Positions 40,264-50,600 of a DNA stretch of 64,000 nucleotides are shown piece after piece; within the stretch, counting starts at the first letter, position 1; every line of letters starts with the position of its first letter. The DNA is from Candidatus Culexmicrobium cathedralense (GTDB taxonomy: Archaea > Thermoproteota > Methanomethylicia > Culexarchaeales > Culexmicrobiaceae), in contig JANZKC010000002.1 of assembly GCA_025061115.1 (NCBI GenBank), positions 416,001-480,000 of the forward strand, in the 5' to 3' direction. A program made the translations under genes and the position numbers. The notes below the pieces were generated by a model that saw only the letters and a program-made list of their open reading frames with translations, searched no databases and was not told the origin of the DNA.

Positions 40264-40875
40264 ATGGTGGATTATCCGTTAATGCATAGCCACAGCAAAT
40301 ACTTACAGGCTTATCGGACAATAAGGAAGCTGGCTGAGCTGCTACGTGAGCTCAATGAGAGGGTGCCGACGCTTCTAGTCGGTCTCTGCGGCGAGCTTCT
40401 AGTCAAGTCTAAGCTGGCAGAAAGCGGGATGCGCTTTCTTTCAAAGAGTGGACAGGCCGGATTCGACATAGAGTTAAAGGACAGCGGTAAGAGAATCGAG
40501 GTTAGGTCTTCCCTGCTGAAGAACGAGGGCATCTACCCTAAGGACATAATGTTCTACGGGTGGAGGATAAAAGATAGGGATAGTGAAGTGAAATACGACT
40601 ACTTGGTTTGCGTGGCATTTGATGAGGAATTAACAAATCCGAGGTTCTACATCTTCACCAGAGACGAGGCCTTGCAGGCTGGAGATGTGAGTATCCCGAG
40701 GTTTAAGAAGGTTCAGAAGAAGCTCCACCTTTTTAGAAGCGTTGAAGAGATGGAAAGGGCAATTAAAGAAAGGCCGAAATACGTCACGGAATGGGAAAGG
40801 TACGTGAACCTTAACAGCGGTAAATACGAAGATCGCTGGGAGATCCTTAAAGATGAGCACAGTTCAAATTTTTAA
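40264..40875 (+). CDS. PD-(D/E)XK nuclease-like protein
   Basis: GELLV..KL...G......GFDI......RIEVRSS...W......YDYLVCV; ATG after GAGGAG SD. Confidence 0.65.
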   Translation: MVDYPLMHSHSKYLQAYRTIRKLAELLRELNERVPTLLVGLCGELLVKSKLAESGMRFLSKSGQAGFDIELKDSGKRIEVRSSLLKNEGIYPKDIMFYGWRIKDRDSEVKYDYLVCVAFDEELTNPRFYIFTRDEALQAGDVSIPRFKKVQKKLHLFRSVEEMERAIKERPKYVTEWERYVNLNSGKYEDRWEILKDEHSSNF

Positions 40876-41049
40876 CTTCATCACAACGTGAAAGCTATCT
40901 GCCACATAAAATGACACATCGGTTTTCCACCGAAGAATTTAGAGTCTAGCGGAACTTCTCTCCTTCACAAGCTACTTGCTATATCATCGAAACCCTCCCT
41001 TCATGAGCGTCTCCAAATGTGATGATCTGAAGGAGGTCGTTAGGAAGCT

Positions 41050-41231
41050 TGTCTCGGAGCGCATCAAAGCCAGACCCAAGAGGATCACGCCCTTCCTCCA
41101 GAGCCTGCAGAGGGCGCCCTCCACGGATTTGATGCTCAACCCCGTCTCCTACACCAATTCCCCCGGGATCGGGGCTTACCGTCGCTCAGAACAGACAGTA
41201 TCGCACGCTCCGTCTGGCCGTGATCGGGCAA
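41050..41231 (-). pseudogene. Decayed wHTH protein N-terminus
   Basis: TERAILSVLSDGKPRS / ELV*ETGLSIKSVEGALCRLWRKGVIL across a frameshift and a stop. Confidence 0.5.
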
Positions 41232-41319
41232 CTCTAAACCCCATAGTAAAAGTTGAAGCCTAATATAAAGACGAGGGTTCAAACCTCGATGGAAAATCTC
41301 AGACGCCGTAAAATTCGAC

Positions 41320-41332
41320 CAGGAATTGTAGC
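41320..41332 (+). repeat. Right copy of 13-bp island-end direct repeat
   Basis: CAGGAATTGTAGC, identical to 35550-35562. Confidence 0.75.
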
Positions 41333-41383
41333 GGCTTAATAGCCGAAAAGAGCCCGATTTCGGCTTAATTCAAGGTTTTAGAA

Positions 41384-41460
41384 TGGTGGACCGGGCGGGA
41401 TTTGAACCCGCGACCCCCCGCGTGCGAGGCGGGTGCTCTTCCAGTCTGAGCTACCGGCCC
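41384..41460 (-). tRNA. tRNA-Ala(CGC), CCA encoded
   Basis: GGGCCGG...CCCGC-CT-CGC-AC-GCGGG...CCGGTCCACCA with G3-U70. Confidence 0.97.
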
Positions 41461-41601
41461 AAAAATCAAATCACCAAAACAACTTATAGGCTTTTCCAAG
41501 CTTCAACCACCAAGTTAAATTAAGTTTTCCTAATTAAGTGAGCGTTAAAGCTTTAATTTATAATGTGAAATTTGAAAGTGGCAAGTTTGACGGTGATCAA
41601 A

Positions 41602-42357
41602 ATGCCCATTGAGAGAGTTAAAACTGGAATACCTGGAATGGACGAAATACTCCACGGAGGAATACCTAGAAGAAATGTCGTTCTTCTTTCAGGAGGGCCG
41701 GGAACCGGCAAGTCAATCTTCGGCCAGCAATTCCTATACAGCGGATTAATAAATGGAGAGCCGGGAGTGCTAGTAGCCCTCGAAGAGCATCCAGTTCAAG
41801 TCAGAATAAACATGGCTCAGTTCGGCTGGGACATCAGGAAATACGAGGAGGCAGGGCTAGCAGCCATAGTAGATGCCTTCACTGGAGGAATAGGAGAAGC
41901 AGCCAAAAGAGAGAAATACGTTGTCCCAGCGCCAGACGACTTTGCATCCCTAGTGGACGTAATAAGGAGGGCAATTAAAGACGTCAAAGCTGAGAGGGCA
42001 GTAATAGATTCAGTGACAACCTTGTATATAACAAAGCCAGCAATAGCAAGATCAGTCGTAATGCAACTCAAAAAAGTCCTATCAGGACTAGGATGCACAT
42101 CAATCCTAGTCTCCCAAGTAAGCGTAACCGAAAGAGGCTTCGGAGGGCCAGGAGTAGAGCACGCTGCAGACGGAATAATAAGATTAGACCTAGACGAAAT
42201 AAGAGGAAAACTATTCAGAAGCCTAATAGTCTGGAAAATGAGAGGGACATCCCACAGCATGAGCAGACACCCATTCGACATAACCAGCAGAGGACTAGTA
42301 GTATATCCACATAAAACCTTAAGCATAAGTAGAAGAATAATTGAAGCGGAGGCATAA
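41602..42357 (+). CDS. KaiC-domain RecA-superfamily ATPase (UPF0273 type)
   Basis: [38 protein letters not shown] and KMRGTSH. Confidence 0.92.
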   Translation: MPIERVKTGIPGMDEILHGGIPRRNVVLLSGGPGTGKSIFGQQFLYSGLINGEPGVLVALEEHPVQVRINMAQFGWDIRKYEEAGLAAIVDAFTGGIGEAAKREKYVVPAPDDFASLVDVIRRAIKDVKAERAVIDSVTTLYITKPAIARSVVMQLKKVLSGLGCTSILVSQVSVTERGFGGPGVEHAADGIIRLDLDEIRGKLFRSLIVWKMRGTSHSMSRHPFDITSRGLVVYPHKTLSISRRIIEAEA

Positions 42358-42358
42358 A

Positions 42359-42847
42359 ATGAGCATCCAAATCAACCTAAATCCAATAGGAAGAGAAGAA
42401 ATCCACAGACTCGAAGCAGCACTACTAATAGGAACACTACTACGGCCAGAAGTACTCCAGCTCCTAAAAGACCCAGCAGAGCGACTAACATGGGTAGACT
42501 CACTAGCAGTAGCAGCAGGAGCAATAGCAAGAGAAAGAGCAAAAATGACCATACCAAGAATAGCCGAAGAACTAGGAAGAACAGAAGCAACAATAAGAAA
42601 CCACCTAGCAGGAAAAACCAAGGCAGGCCAACTAGTAAGACAAACACTACAGAAATTCATTAAAGAAGGAGTAAAACTGGAAATAGCAATACCAACAATA
42701 ACACTAGAAGAAATAGATGAAATGAAGAAAGAACTCGAACAACTCAAATCAAAACTAGCAGAAGAAGAAAAAACAAGAATTGAACTAGAAAACAAACTCA
42801 AAAACATAAAAGAAGAACTAAAAAAGATACTCGAAAAACTGACCTAA
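42359..42847 (+). CDS. KaiC-associated HTH regulator
   Basis: ERLTWVDSLAVAAGAIARERA..TI..IAEELGRTEATIRNHL.G.TKAG. Confidence 0.88.
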   Translation: MSIQINLNPIGREEIHRLEAALLIGTLLRPEVLQLLKDPAERLTWVDSLAVAAGAIARERAKMTIPRIAEELGRTEATIRNHLAGKTKAGQLVRQTLQKFIKEGVKLEIAIPTITLEEIDEMKKELEQLKSKLAEEEKTRIELENKLKNIKEELKKILEKLT

Positions 42848-42901
42848 CACCCACATTTTATAAGCGAAACATTAAATTTCAACCAGCAAAAACACTAATC
42901 T

Positions 42902-42978
42902 GGGCGGGTCGTCTAGCTGGCTAGGATGCCGCCCTGACGCGGCGGTGGTCGTGGGTTCGAATCCCACCCCGCCCACCA
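42902..42978 (+). tRNA. tRNA-Val(GAC), CCA encoded; island integration site
   Basis: GGGCGGG...CCGCC-CT-GAC-GC-GGCGG...CCCGCCCACCA. Confidence 0.97.
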
Positions 42979-43104
42979 CTACCATCAATTTGATGGTGTT
43001 CTGATGGTGTGAATTAATGGTACCTAGTGGACTCTGCTACTGGTTCTGCAGTTTGCATATCACCTTTTTATATGAAATTCTGCATTTAGATAGTTGGTGA
43101 ATTA

Positions 43105-44466
43105 GTGGATCCAAGTAAGGTAAATTTGAAGTCTATTGGTGATGAGGTTAGGTATAGGATTTTTGATTATGTGAGGAGTAAGGGTGTTACTAGCCGTGAT
43201 TTAGGTATCAATCCAACTATTATCAATAGAATTAAAAATAGGCGTATACGTGTTTCAGATCGTACACTTGCTAAATTATTGAGATTTTTGACTTTAGAAG
43301 AATTTGCTGAGCTCATTAGTGGTAGAATTCCAAGTCAATTAATTGAGCCTAGAGATTTGAGTGAAGCCTTAGTTAAGCTTGAATCATCAATAAATCAACT
43401 CAAAATACTGTTAGATAAGTATCCACAACTATCATCAATAGCATACCAGAAATTTAATGAAATAATTAGCCACTTAAAACACTATTCAATAACCGTGACT
43501 AATGAACATATTGAAAAGTTCAAGAAAATATTGCGTGATAAAGCACCAAAAACAGCTAGTGACCGCATGAGATACCTACTAAGAGCACTAAGAGACTTAA
43601 ACTACGAGCTCTCCACTGACAAGCTTCAAGAATATATTATTGATTTGAAAGAGCAAAGCATTTATGTAGCTGAGCACACAGCAAAAGCCCTAAAACTATT
43701 CATAAAGCACGTAATTAAAGATAGAAACCTATACGAATCATTTAAAACACCAAGAGTAACCGAAGAGGCTGATAAGGAAATTCCAACTCCAAATGAAGTA
43801 AGAGCTGTAGCTAAAGCAATAAATTGGTCACCAGCAAAAGCCTACTACTGCCTCCTAGCAGAATCAGGATTAAGACCAGGAGAACTATTCAAATTAATAA
43901 TAAGTGAAATAAATATTGAAGAGAGAACAATAAAGCCAAAAAGAGTAACTGAAACTAAAAGAGCATATATAGCATTCTTCTCAAAACAACTCCAAAAATA
44001 CCTAAAACAAGTCTACCTACCCTACCGAGAAGAATTCATTAGCAAATACGCCAAGAACATGAAATACTTAATTGATGCTAAAGCTGAAGAATGGAAATAA
44101 CTTCTATTCCCATTTAAAGAATCAACCATAAGAGCAGCAATATACGACGCAATGGAAAAAACATTAGGTAGGAGATTCAAACTATACGACTTAAGAGCAT
44201 TTTTTGCAACCTACATGAGCATCAAAAAAGTACCAGGCCAAATAATCGATATAATACAGGGAAGAGTACCACCCAAACAATTCAAAATCCTAGTAAGACA
44301 CTACCTAGCAATCACAACTGAAGAACTAAGAAAAATATATGACGAAGCAAACCTAACAACACTAGAAAAACAATTAAAAGATAATGAAATACACCAGCTT
44401 AGAAGGCTTGAAATATATACTAATGTTTCAGTATCTGATGGAAAACTGAAACATCACAGCATATAA
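43105..44466 (+). pseudogene. Tyrosine integrase with N-terminal HTH, in-frame TAA at 44098
   Basis: ESGLRPGE, KR, YDLRAFFATYM and RHYL; the two ORFs are in one frame (WK*LLFPFKE). Confidence 0.9.
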
Positions 44467-44654
44467 GATCATCAAATTTGATTATTATTAGGGTGGAATG
44501 AAACAATATCAAGCATAAGAGCATTTTTATTTTCATTGACAAGCCACTAAGCAATGAAGTGGCTAAATGAGTTTATTTAGATAGTAATACTTTGAATACT
44601 TTTTGATTTAACTTCCTTTAATTTTAAATTTTCAGTTGCAATAACTTTAGGTAG

Positions 44655-46022
44655 GTGTTGAGTATTAGTGGCGCAAATGTGAGGGTTATGCAAAAATATT
44701 CTAAGATAGCTCGATATTGGGGAAGGAAAATATATGAAGCTACTAAAGTAATTTTCCTAAACATTACTGGAAATATTGAAGGTAAAGTGATTTTAGATCC
44801 ATTTGGTGGTGCTGGTTGCATAGTTCTTGAAGCTTTAAGGTATGGCGCTAGAACAATCTACATCGACATAAATCCTTATGCTTACTTAATAGCTCGTGTA
44901 ATGTTAGATTGGTTTGATTATGAAAAGTTACGTTTAAAAGCTGAAAAAGTACTTTCACGCAAAAAAATAATTTATCAAGGGCTTGATGGCTCAACGAAAT
45001 ATATTGGTGCAGATGAACTATACACCATTGAAGTTCAAGGAGTTAAAAAGAGAGTTAAGTATTATGAGTGGATTGATGATGAATGTTGTGCAGTAACGTT
45101 CGATGGTGAGAAAATAAGGACTTCCGACTTCACTGAAGGAGAACCTTACTATCAACCACCAAAATATAAATTGTGGTATCCATGGGGAGAGCCTTTCGAT
45201 AAGAAAAGAAACTACGATTGGCTACACGAATTCTTCACAAATCGAAACTTAATAATACTCACAAATATTTGGCATGATATACGACCACCTAAAACAATTT
45301 CCGGAAAAGATACTCGTGAACATCGAGCCATGACTCTTATCTTTTTGTCAATACTTTACATGGCAAGCAAAATGGCAAGGCGCGGGGCTGGATCATGGGG
45401 AGTAAATAGCTATTGGGTGCCACGAATACATGTAGAGTACAATCCCTATGATCTTTTACGAAGAAAATTGAAGAGAATCTTAAAGATGTCGCCCCCCCTA
45501 CAATATCAAGCAAAAACATCTGGAAGCATACATAGTATTCCTAGAGTAATCAGAGGGAAATTGCATGCTGCAATACTTCATGGTGACTGCACGAAAATTC
45601 TAAAGCATATCTCCCCAAATAGTATAGATTACGTAGTAACAGACCCCCCGCATGCAGATGAAGTACAATATTTAGAGTTGAGCTTTTTCATGAATGCTTG
45701 GCTTAGATCCAATCCATACTCATGGGCAATTGATGAGGTAATTGTCAATAGAAGAAAACACAAAGATTTCAATACATACATAAGAATGCTCACCTCGGCT
45801 TATAAGTTAATTCATAATGTGCTTAAGCCGCGGGGAAAAATGATACTAATTTACCACGAAGAAAGTGAACAGAAATTAAAAGAAATGATAAAGGCCGCAG
45901 AAAAAGCAGGTTTTTCCTTAGAAAAGAAATTAAGTGGTGAAATGAAGTATCAGCGTAACATTGGTGATAGAAATACATTAAGGGGAAAAATTTACTGGAT
46001 ATTAGTTTATTCGAAAAACTGA
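44655..46022 (+). CDS. DNA amino-methyltransferase (N6A/N4C), motif I before motif IV
   Basis: RYWGRK, ILDPFGGAG (motif I), VVTDPPH (motif IV), Y.ELS.F...WL and VLKP.G. Confidence 0.88.
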   Translation: MLSISGANVRVMQKYSKIARYWGRKIYEATKVIFLNITGNIEGKVILDPFGGAGCIVLEALRYGARTIYIDINPYAYLIARVMLDWFDYEKLRLKAEKVLSRKKIIYQGLDGSTKYIGADELYTIEVQGVKKRVKYYEWIDDECCAVTFDGEKIRTSDFTEGEPYYQPPKYKLWYPWGEPFDKKRNYDWLHEFFTNRNLIILTNIWHDIRPPKTISGKDTREHRAMTLIFLSILYMASKMARRGAGSWGVNSYWVPRIHVEYNPYDLLRRKLKRILKMSPPLQYQAKTSGSIHSIPRVIRGKLHAAILHGDCTKILKHISPNSIDYVVTDPPHADEVQYLELSFFMNAWLRSNPYSWAIDEVIVNRRKHKDFNTYIRMLTSAYKLIHNVLKPRGKMILIYHEESEQKLKEMIKAAEKAGFSLEKKLSGEMKYQRNIGDRNTLRGKIYWILVYSKN

Positions 46023-46056
46023 AATTTTTCACCAAATATTTTTACTTGGTGTAAGT

Positions 46057-47682
46057 TTGGCACATGAACATAGTAAGTATACTAAACGTATAGAACATGC
46101 TTTAATTAAGTATGTCCGTAGATTAGATTCAGAAGTTAATTTGGCATTAAACAGTTATTTTAATCTTATTGAAAAAGCAGTGCATCAAATTGAAGACTAT
46201 AGATTGAAAGTATCTCCTGAAACACCACACATATTGCTTCCACTATCCCTACTTGGAACTTATCGATTCAATGTAGAGAAGCTATACTTTGATGTAAAGT
46301 TTAATAATCCATTTAGAGATGACGTACGTATTTTATTTTCAAGTAAAATAATGATACCAGCAATTTCACTAAACTTACCATCATTCGTAACTGTCCATCG
46401 TTGGACTAGAAAACGCCAATGTGAAGACTTGGAATCAGCAGTTGATGAAGATAGGATGCTTATTATAGAGAGAGGTAGCTATTCCATTTTAAACTTCTAT
46501 TACTTTGATTCCATGACATGCTCAGAAATTTATGACGCAGATTACCTTAACATGATACTTAAAGATATGCTAATATTTCTAGCATTACTACCAGTACCTA
46601 GCCTGAATGATAAGTGTCAAGCTTTCTGCAGATCTCTTCCATTCTTAAGCATGTATGGATCTGACATAAGCGGTGTTGAAGCACTAGGCATTACGCGCTG
46701 CTTGCTTAAATTAGATCGTAAAAGCTTGGAATCAGCATATTTCAGACGCGCATCCATTCGAAGCTTATTATGGGGGAGGCTACCATTCTATAAGGTGAGA
46801 GCTTTTATAGTATCAAATAATCCAATAGAAGATAAGATTAATGTTTTAAGTAATGAAGTAATCTACATTCCAGAGCTGTACTTCATGAAGCTTCTAGAGT
46901 ATTGTAATGCTAGTGCTCTGCTAGTGGACTCAATTGTAATATCTCTCTTCATAATTAAGAAAGGCTTAAGAGAATATGCGGAAAAATTGATGCTCTTCAA
47001 TATTCTAGCTATGCCTATCAACATCTTTCCAGTAAATGATAGTGCCGTCATGTTTGCAATTCTAAATTACGCTACTACTAGCACTTGTTCTAACCAGATT
47101 ATAAATATGACAGCTGAAAGAAAGGATTCTTTAGAACATGAGTTTGACATTAACATCACGATTCGGGAGGGCGATTTATTATCTAAAATGCACTTCATAC
47201 TCAGAGCTATGAAGTTAAAGCAATTGAAATTAAGCTTATCCAAAATAACCATTAAAATTTCGCGAAGTAGTTCAAAACTATCCAATCTGTTAGGTTATGC
47301 GTATACGTATTTGCTTCCCTTCATAAATGAACGCTCACTTATAAGTCATGAACAAAAGAGTGCAATATCATCTCGCTGCTATCCTCCCTGCACTATACTA
47401 CCGTTGATTTCCTTTGCTTTAGCAAAGAAGTTTAATTTCAAAACATATAAAGAGCTAGCAAAACAAATAGTACAAATTCTGAGCAAACGTATTAAGAAAA
47501 ATGACGCTGAAATTCTAACTACACTTAGTGATGAATTTAGGAGAAGGGGTATTAATGTTAAATATAGTGAGATAATTGCCTTAGTGAGAAACATAATATT
47601 AGCATGGCAACTACATATTATTAGGGCAAAATATCTTAAATTGATGTTAAAACATCAATTATATGGAGGATCGTTTCATTGA
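46057..47682 (+). CDS. Hypothetical 541-aa protein in the defence operon
   Basis: Long intact ORF whose stop overlaps the helicase start (TTGA); no motif recognised. Confidence 0.8.
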   Translation: MAHEHSKYTKRIEHALIKYVRRLDSEVNLALNSYFNLIEKAVHQIEDYRLKVSPETPHILLPLSLLGTYRFNVEKLYFDVKFNNPFRDDVRILFSSKIMIPAISLNLPSFVTVHRWTRKRQCEDLESAVDEDRMLIIERGSYSILNFYYFDSMTCSEIYDADYLNMILKDMLIFLALLPVPSLNDKCQAFCRSLPFLSMYGSDISGVEALGITRCLLKLDRKSLESAYFRRASIRSLLWGRLPFYKVRAFIVSNNPIEDKINVLSNEVIYIPELYFMKLLEYCNASALLVDSIVISLFIIKKGLREYAEKLMLFNILAMPINIFPVNDSAVMFAILNYATTSTCSNQIINMTAERKDSLEHEFDINITIREGDLLSKMHFILRAMKLKQLKLSLSKITIKISRSSSKLSNLLGYAYTYLLPFINERSLISHEQKSAISSRCYPPCTILPLISFALAKKFNFKTYKELAKQIVQILSKRIKKNDAEILTTLSDEFRRRGINVKYSEIIALVRNIILAWQLHIIRAKYLKLMLKHQLYGGSFH

Positions 47683-50600
47683 GTAATGTTCAAGTACCTA
47701 GTATTGATGACTTAATGATTGGCGCTTACCAAGAGCTTTTCTTGAAGGAGTTAGAAAATGTAAGAGCAACACATCAAGTACTAGTGCATCATAGTGTTCC
47801 TGAAGTACTTCAGATATTGCATTCATACATATCTCAATTTAAAGAGAAGCCTATCCACCTCAATGCTAATCAACTACTAATGGAGCTTGCTAAGAGAAAG
47901 CTTATACTAATTTATCCCGATGGTAGAGTGAGAACCAGAAATTTGGAACTCATTATTAGAGCAATTTACTCACGAGCATATCCAAGTGCATTATCAACAT
48001 TAGAGTATGTGATCTTAAAACCTCGTGAATCACCACTACCATCATTTGAAGAGCGCGAGGGAAATGAACTACGCAACATAGTATACATGTACTTTAGGAC
48101 TTTCCTAGATGAACAATTGGCAACCAACTTGTCAGAAGCCTTTACTAACGCATTTGTTAAAAGCATTGCAAATAAAAGCTCCCTAGAGGAAGGTTCACTA
48201 TCTGAATACCAATATATTAACTTGAAAACCCTCCTTAATTACGCTTCTAACAAAGCACCTTCTATATCGCTTTTAGCAGCTCCCACAGGTACGGGTAAAA
48301 CTTGGATTTTCGTGCTCTATGCCATAGCCAGAATTCTAGAAGCAAAAAGTAAGGGCGAATTTAGTGGAGTAAAAGTTATTATTTTATATCCGAGAAAAGC
48401 TTTAGCACGTGATCAATCTGAACGAATTTTGAAGTTACTCCACTTTCTTAATGAAGAATTAAAGCTAAGAGGGCTTCAAACATACGCTATTAGTTTAGGT
48501 ATTTGGGATCGAGACTCACTGCAAAATTGGAGGAAAATTGCAGAAATAAGAATGAAAGCTAAAGGGAGAAATGTTGAATTTAGAGGCATTAAATGCCCTA
48601 TTTGTAGCGCAAAGTTAATTTATGATGAGCAAAGGGAAGTTATTGCCTGCCCATCTTGTGGACTTACCTTTAACTTTATAGGGGACATTAGAGAGTGGAT
48701 AAACAAAAAACAACCAGACATACTCATCACAAACTTTTGGGCTTTAAACTACAGGCTCATTAGCAGACATTACAAGCAACTACTAGGAAATCGAGTTCGC
48801 TGCATAATTATAGATGAAGCTCACGTACTAAAGGATTTAGAAGGAGCCTTCACAGCATACCTCCTTTGCAGACTTCTGTTACGATTAGCAATGCAGTACA
48901 AGGGAGTATCTACTATTCCATCAGCACCATTAAAGCTCGATCCTAATGCAGAATATAATGCTCTTGACTGGATACGCGACTACATTAGAGATAAAAGCTT
49001 AACCATTATCCTATCATCAGCGACAATTTCCACTGCACAAACAGTGAGTGAAAGGAATAAAGATGCCATAAAATTTACTAGCAACCTTGTTTATCCCAAA
49101 CTCTTTGAACTATTCGAAAGTTTATGTAAAGGTATGGGGTTAGAGCCCGTAATTTATCACGATTATAATGACATTTACGAGAAACTTTATAGTGCGAGAC
49201 ATCCATTAGGAAAGGTGAGGAGAAAAATAGATGTTGTAATCATATTAGCTCCACATCCATCAAGAGGTTTAGAAACAATCGCTCAATCCACAACTCTGTG
49301 TTCTCTATTTTGGTGTAAAGAGTTCAATCAGAAATTCTTACTATTTACTGATAATAAAGAGGCAATTGAACGTCTATATCACTTTATAAATGACATTATT
49401 ATTGGTGAACGTGGAGAAATATATGATCACCTATTTCTTACAGATAAGAATCCAGGTGCTCGAAGAAGTCTCCTTATACATAAGTCATGGAAAAATTATG
49501 GAGAAAAGCTACTAAGCAATGGCGATATGCTAATTAGGGCATTGGAAGACCCGCTTTACTGGATAATCTTTTCCTACCCATCATACTTTAATAAAATCAT
49601 AACTAAACTTAGAGATATCAATAAAGCGTTATCTCAAATGAACTATAAACAGAGTGATCACTTTAATGACCTCCTAAACATTGCTAAGGCTAGTTGTGAT
49701 GATATTTTTTGGAATAGAGCTTCGCGCTTAAGCATTCATCATGCCGATCTGGATAGGAGTGAGAGACAAAGTATAGAGGAGAGATTGAAGGGAGCTGATT
49801 TAATTGGAGTTCTATGTACATCAACACTAGAACTTGGTATCGATATAGATCACATATCAACTATAATTCAATACAAACCACCTAGAACTGCGGAGAACTT
49901 TATTCAAAGGCTTGGAAGAGCTGGAAGAAAACCTACAACAATGTACATCGCCACCGGCTTCCTACTTCTAAGCAATTTTGAAACTCTATATCTCAATGAG
50001 AGGTACTCAGAAAATGCATTATTCAATGTCAGACCCAAACCCTTACCACTAAATAATCACCGTGTACGTGCTAACGCCATCTTCTATACGATAATTGACA
50101 TGTTAGCGTATCTAGATTATCAGACTTATTATAGTAGCAAAGCAAGAGATGCTAACAGAACTGCAAATAGAACACATAATATCTACCGAGCACTCCTAAC
50201 ATATGAAAAGCCCATAATTTCAATAATTGCAAGTTTGTTTGGTCTACATTCAAGTATAGTGAAAGATGAGTATCAAACACTTACAGATCATATATGGGTA
50301 CTTTACAGAAACTTAAGTAACATAACTATGGGTCCAATTTCAATTAAAAACATTATATATAACACAATGGAAACAGTACAATTAACGAGAGATAATTTAA
50401 ACAAAATACTTTCAAGCATGGGTGAAAATCCAAACCTCTTTAGGGATTCAGAGGAGTATCAGAGGATAATAAGTAAAATGTTTAAATATTTACGATTTCT
50501 TAATGAGCTATATAACGGGCTTCACAAATTAGATCTCTACTGCATATCCAACCCCGAATATTTAATAAGGAAAAGAAATGATATACGCAAGAACCTTAAC

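Larger units (their letters stand above)
35490..41383. mobile_element. Degenerate integrase-less island at the 3' end of tRNA-Ala(CGC)
   Basis: TGGTGGGCCG (35490) versus tRNA end TGGTGGACCG (41384); direct repeat CAGGAATTGTAGC (35550, 41320); cargo of TA, IS, nuclease and pseudogenes with non-host codon style. Confidence 0.6.

Noticed and set aside
40976-41263. Plus-strand 95-aa ORF
   Set aside because: The opposite strand carries a recognisable decayed wHTH gene, so this ORF is probably its shadow.
44098-44100. Programmed stop readthrough in the integrase
   Set aside because: TAA is not a Sec/Pyl codon and no recoding signal is evident; a single A-to-T nonsense change is simpler.
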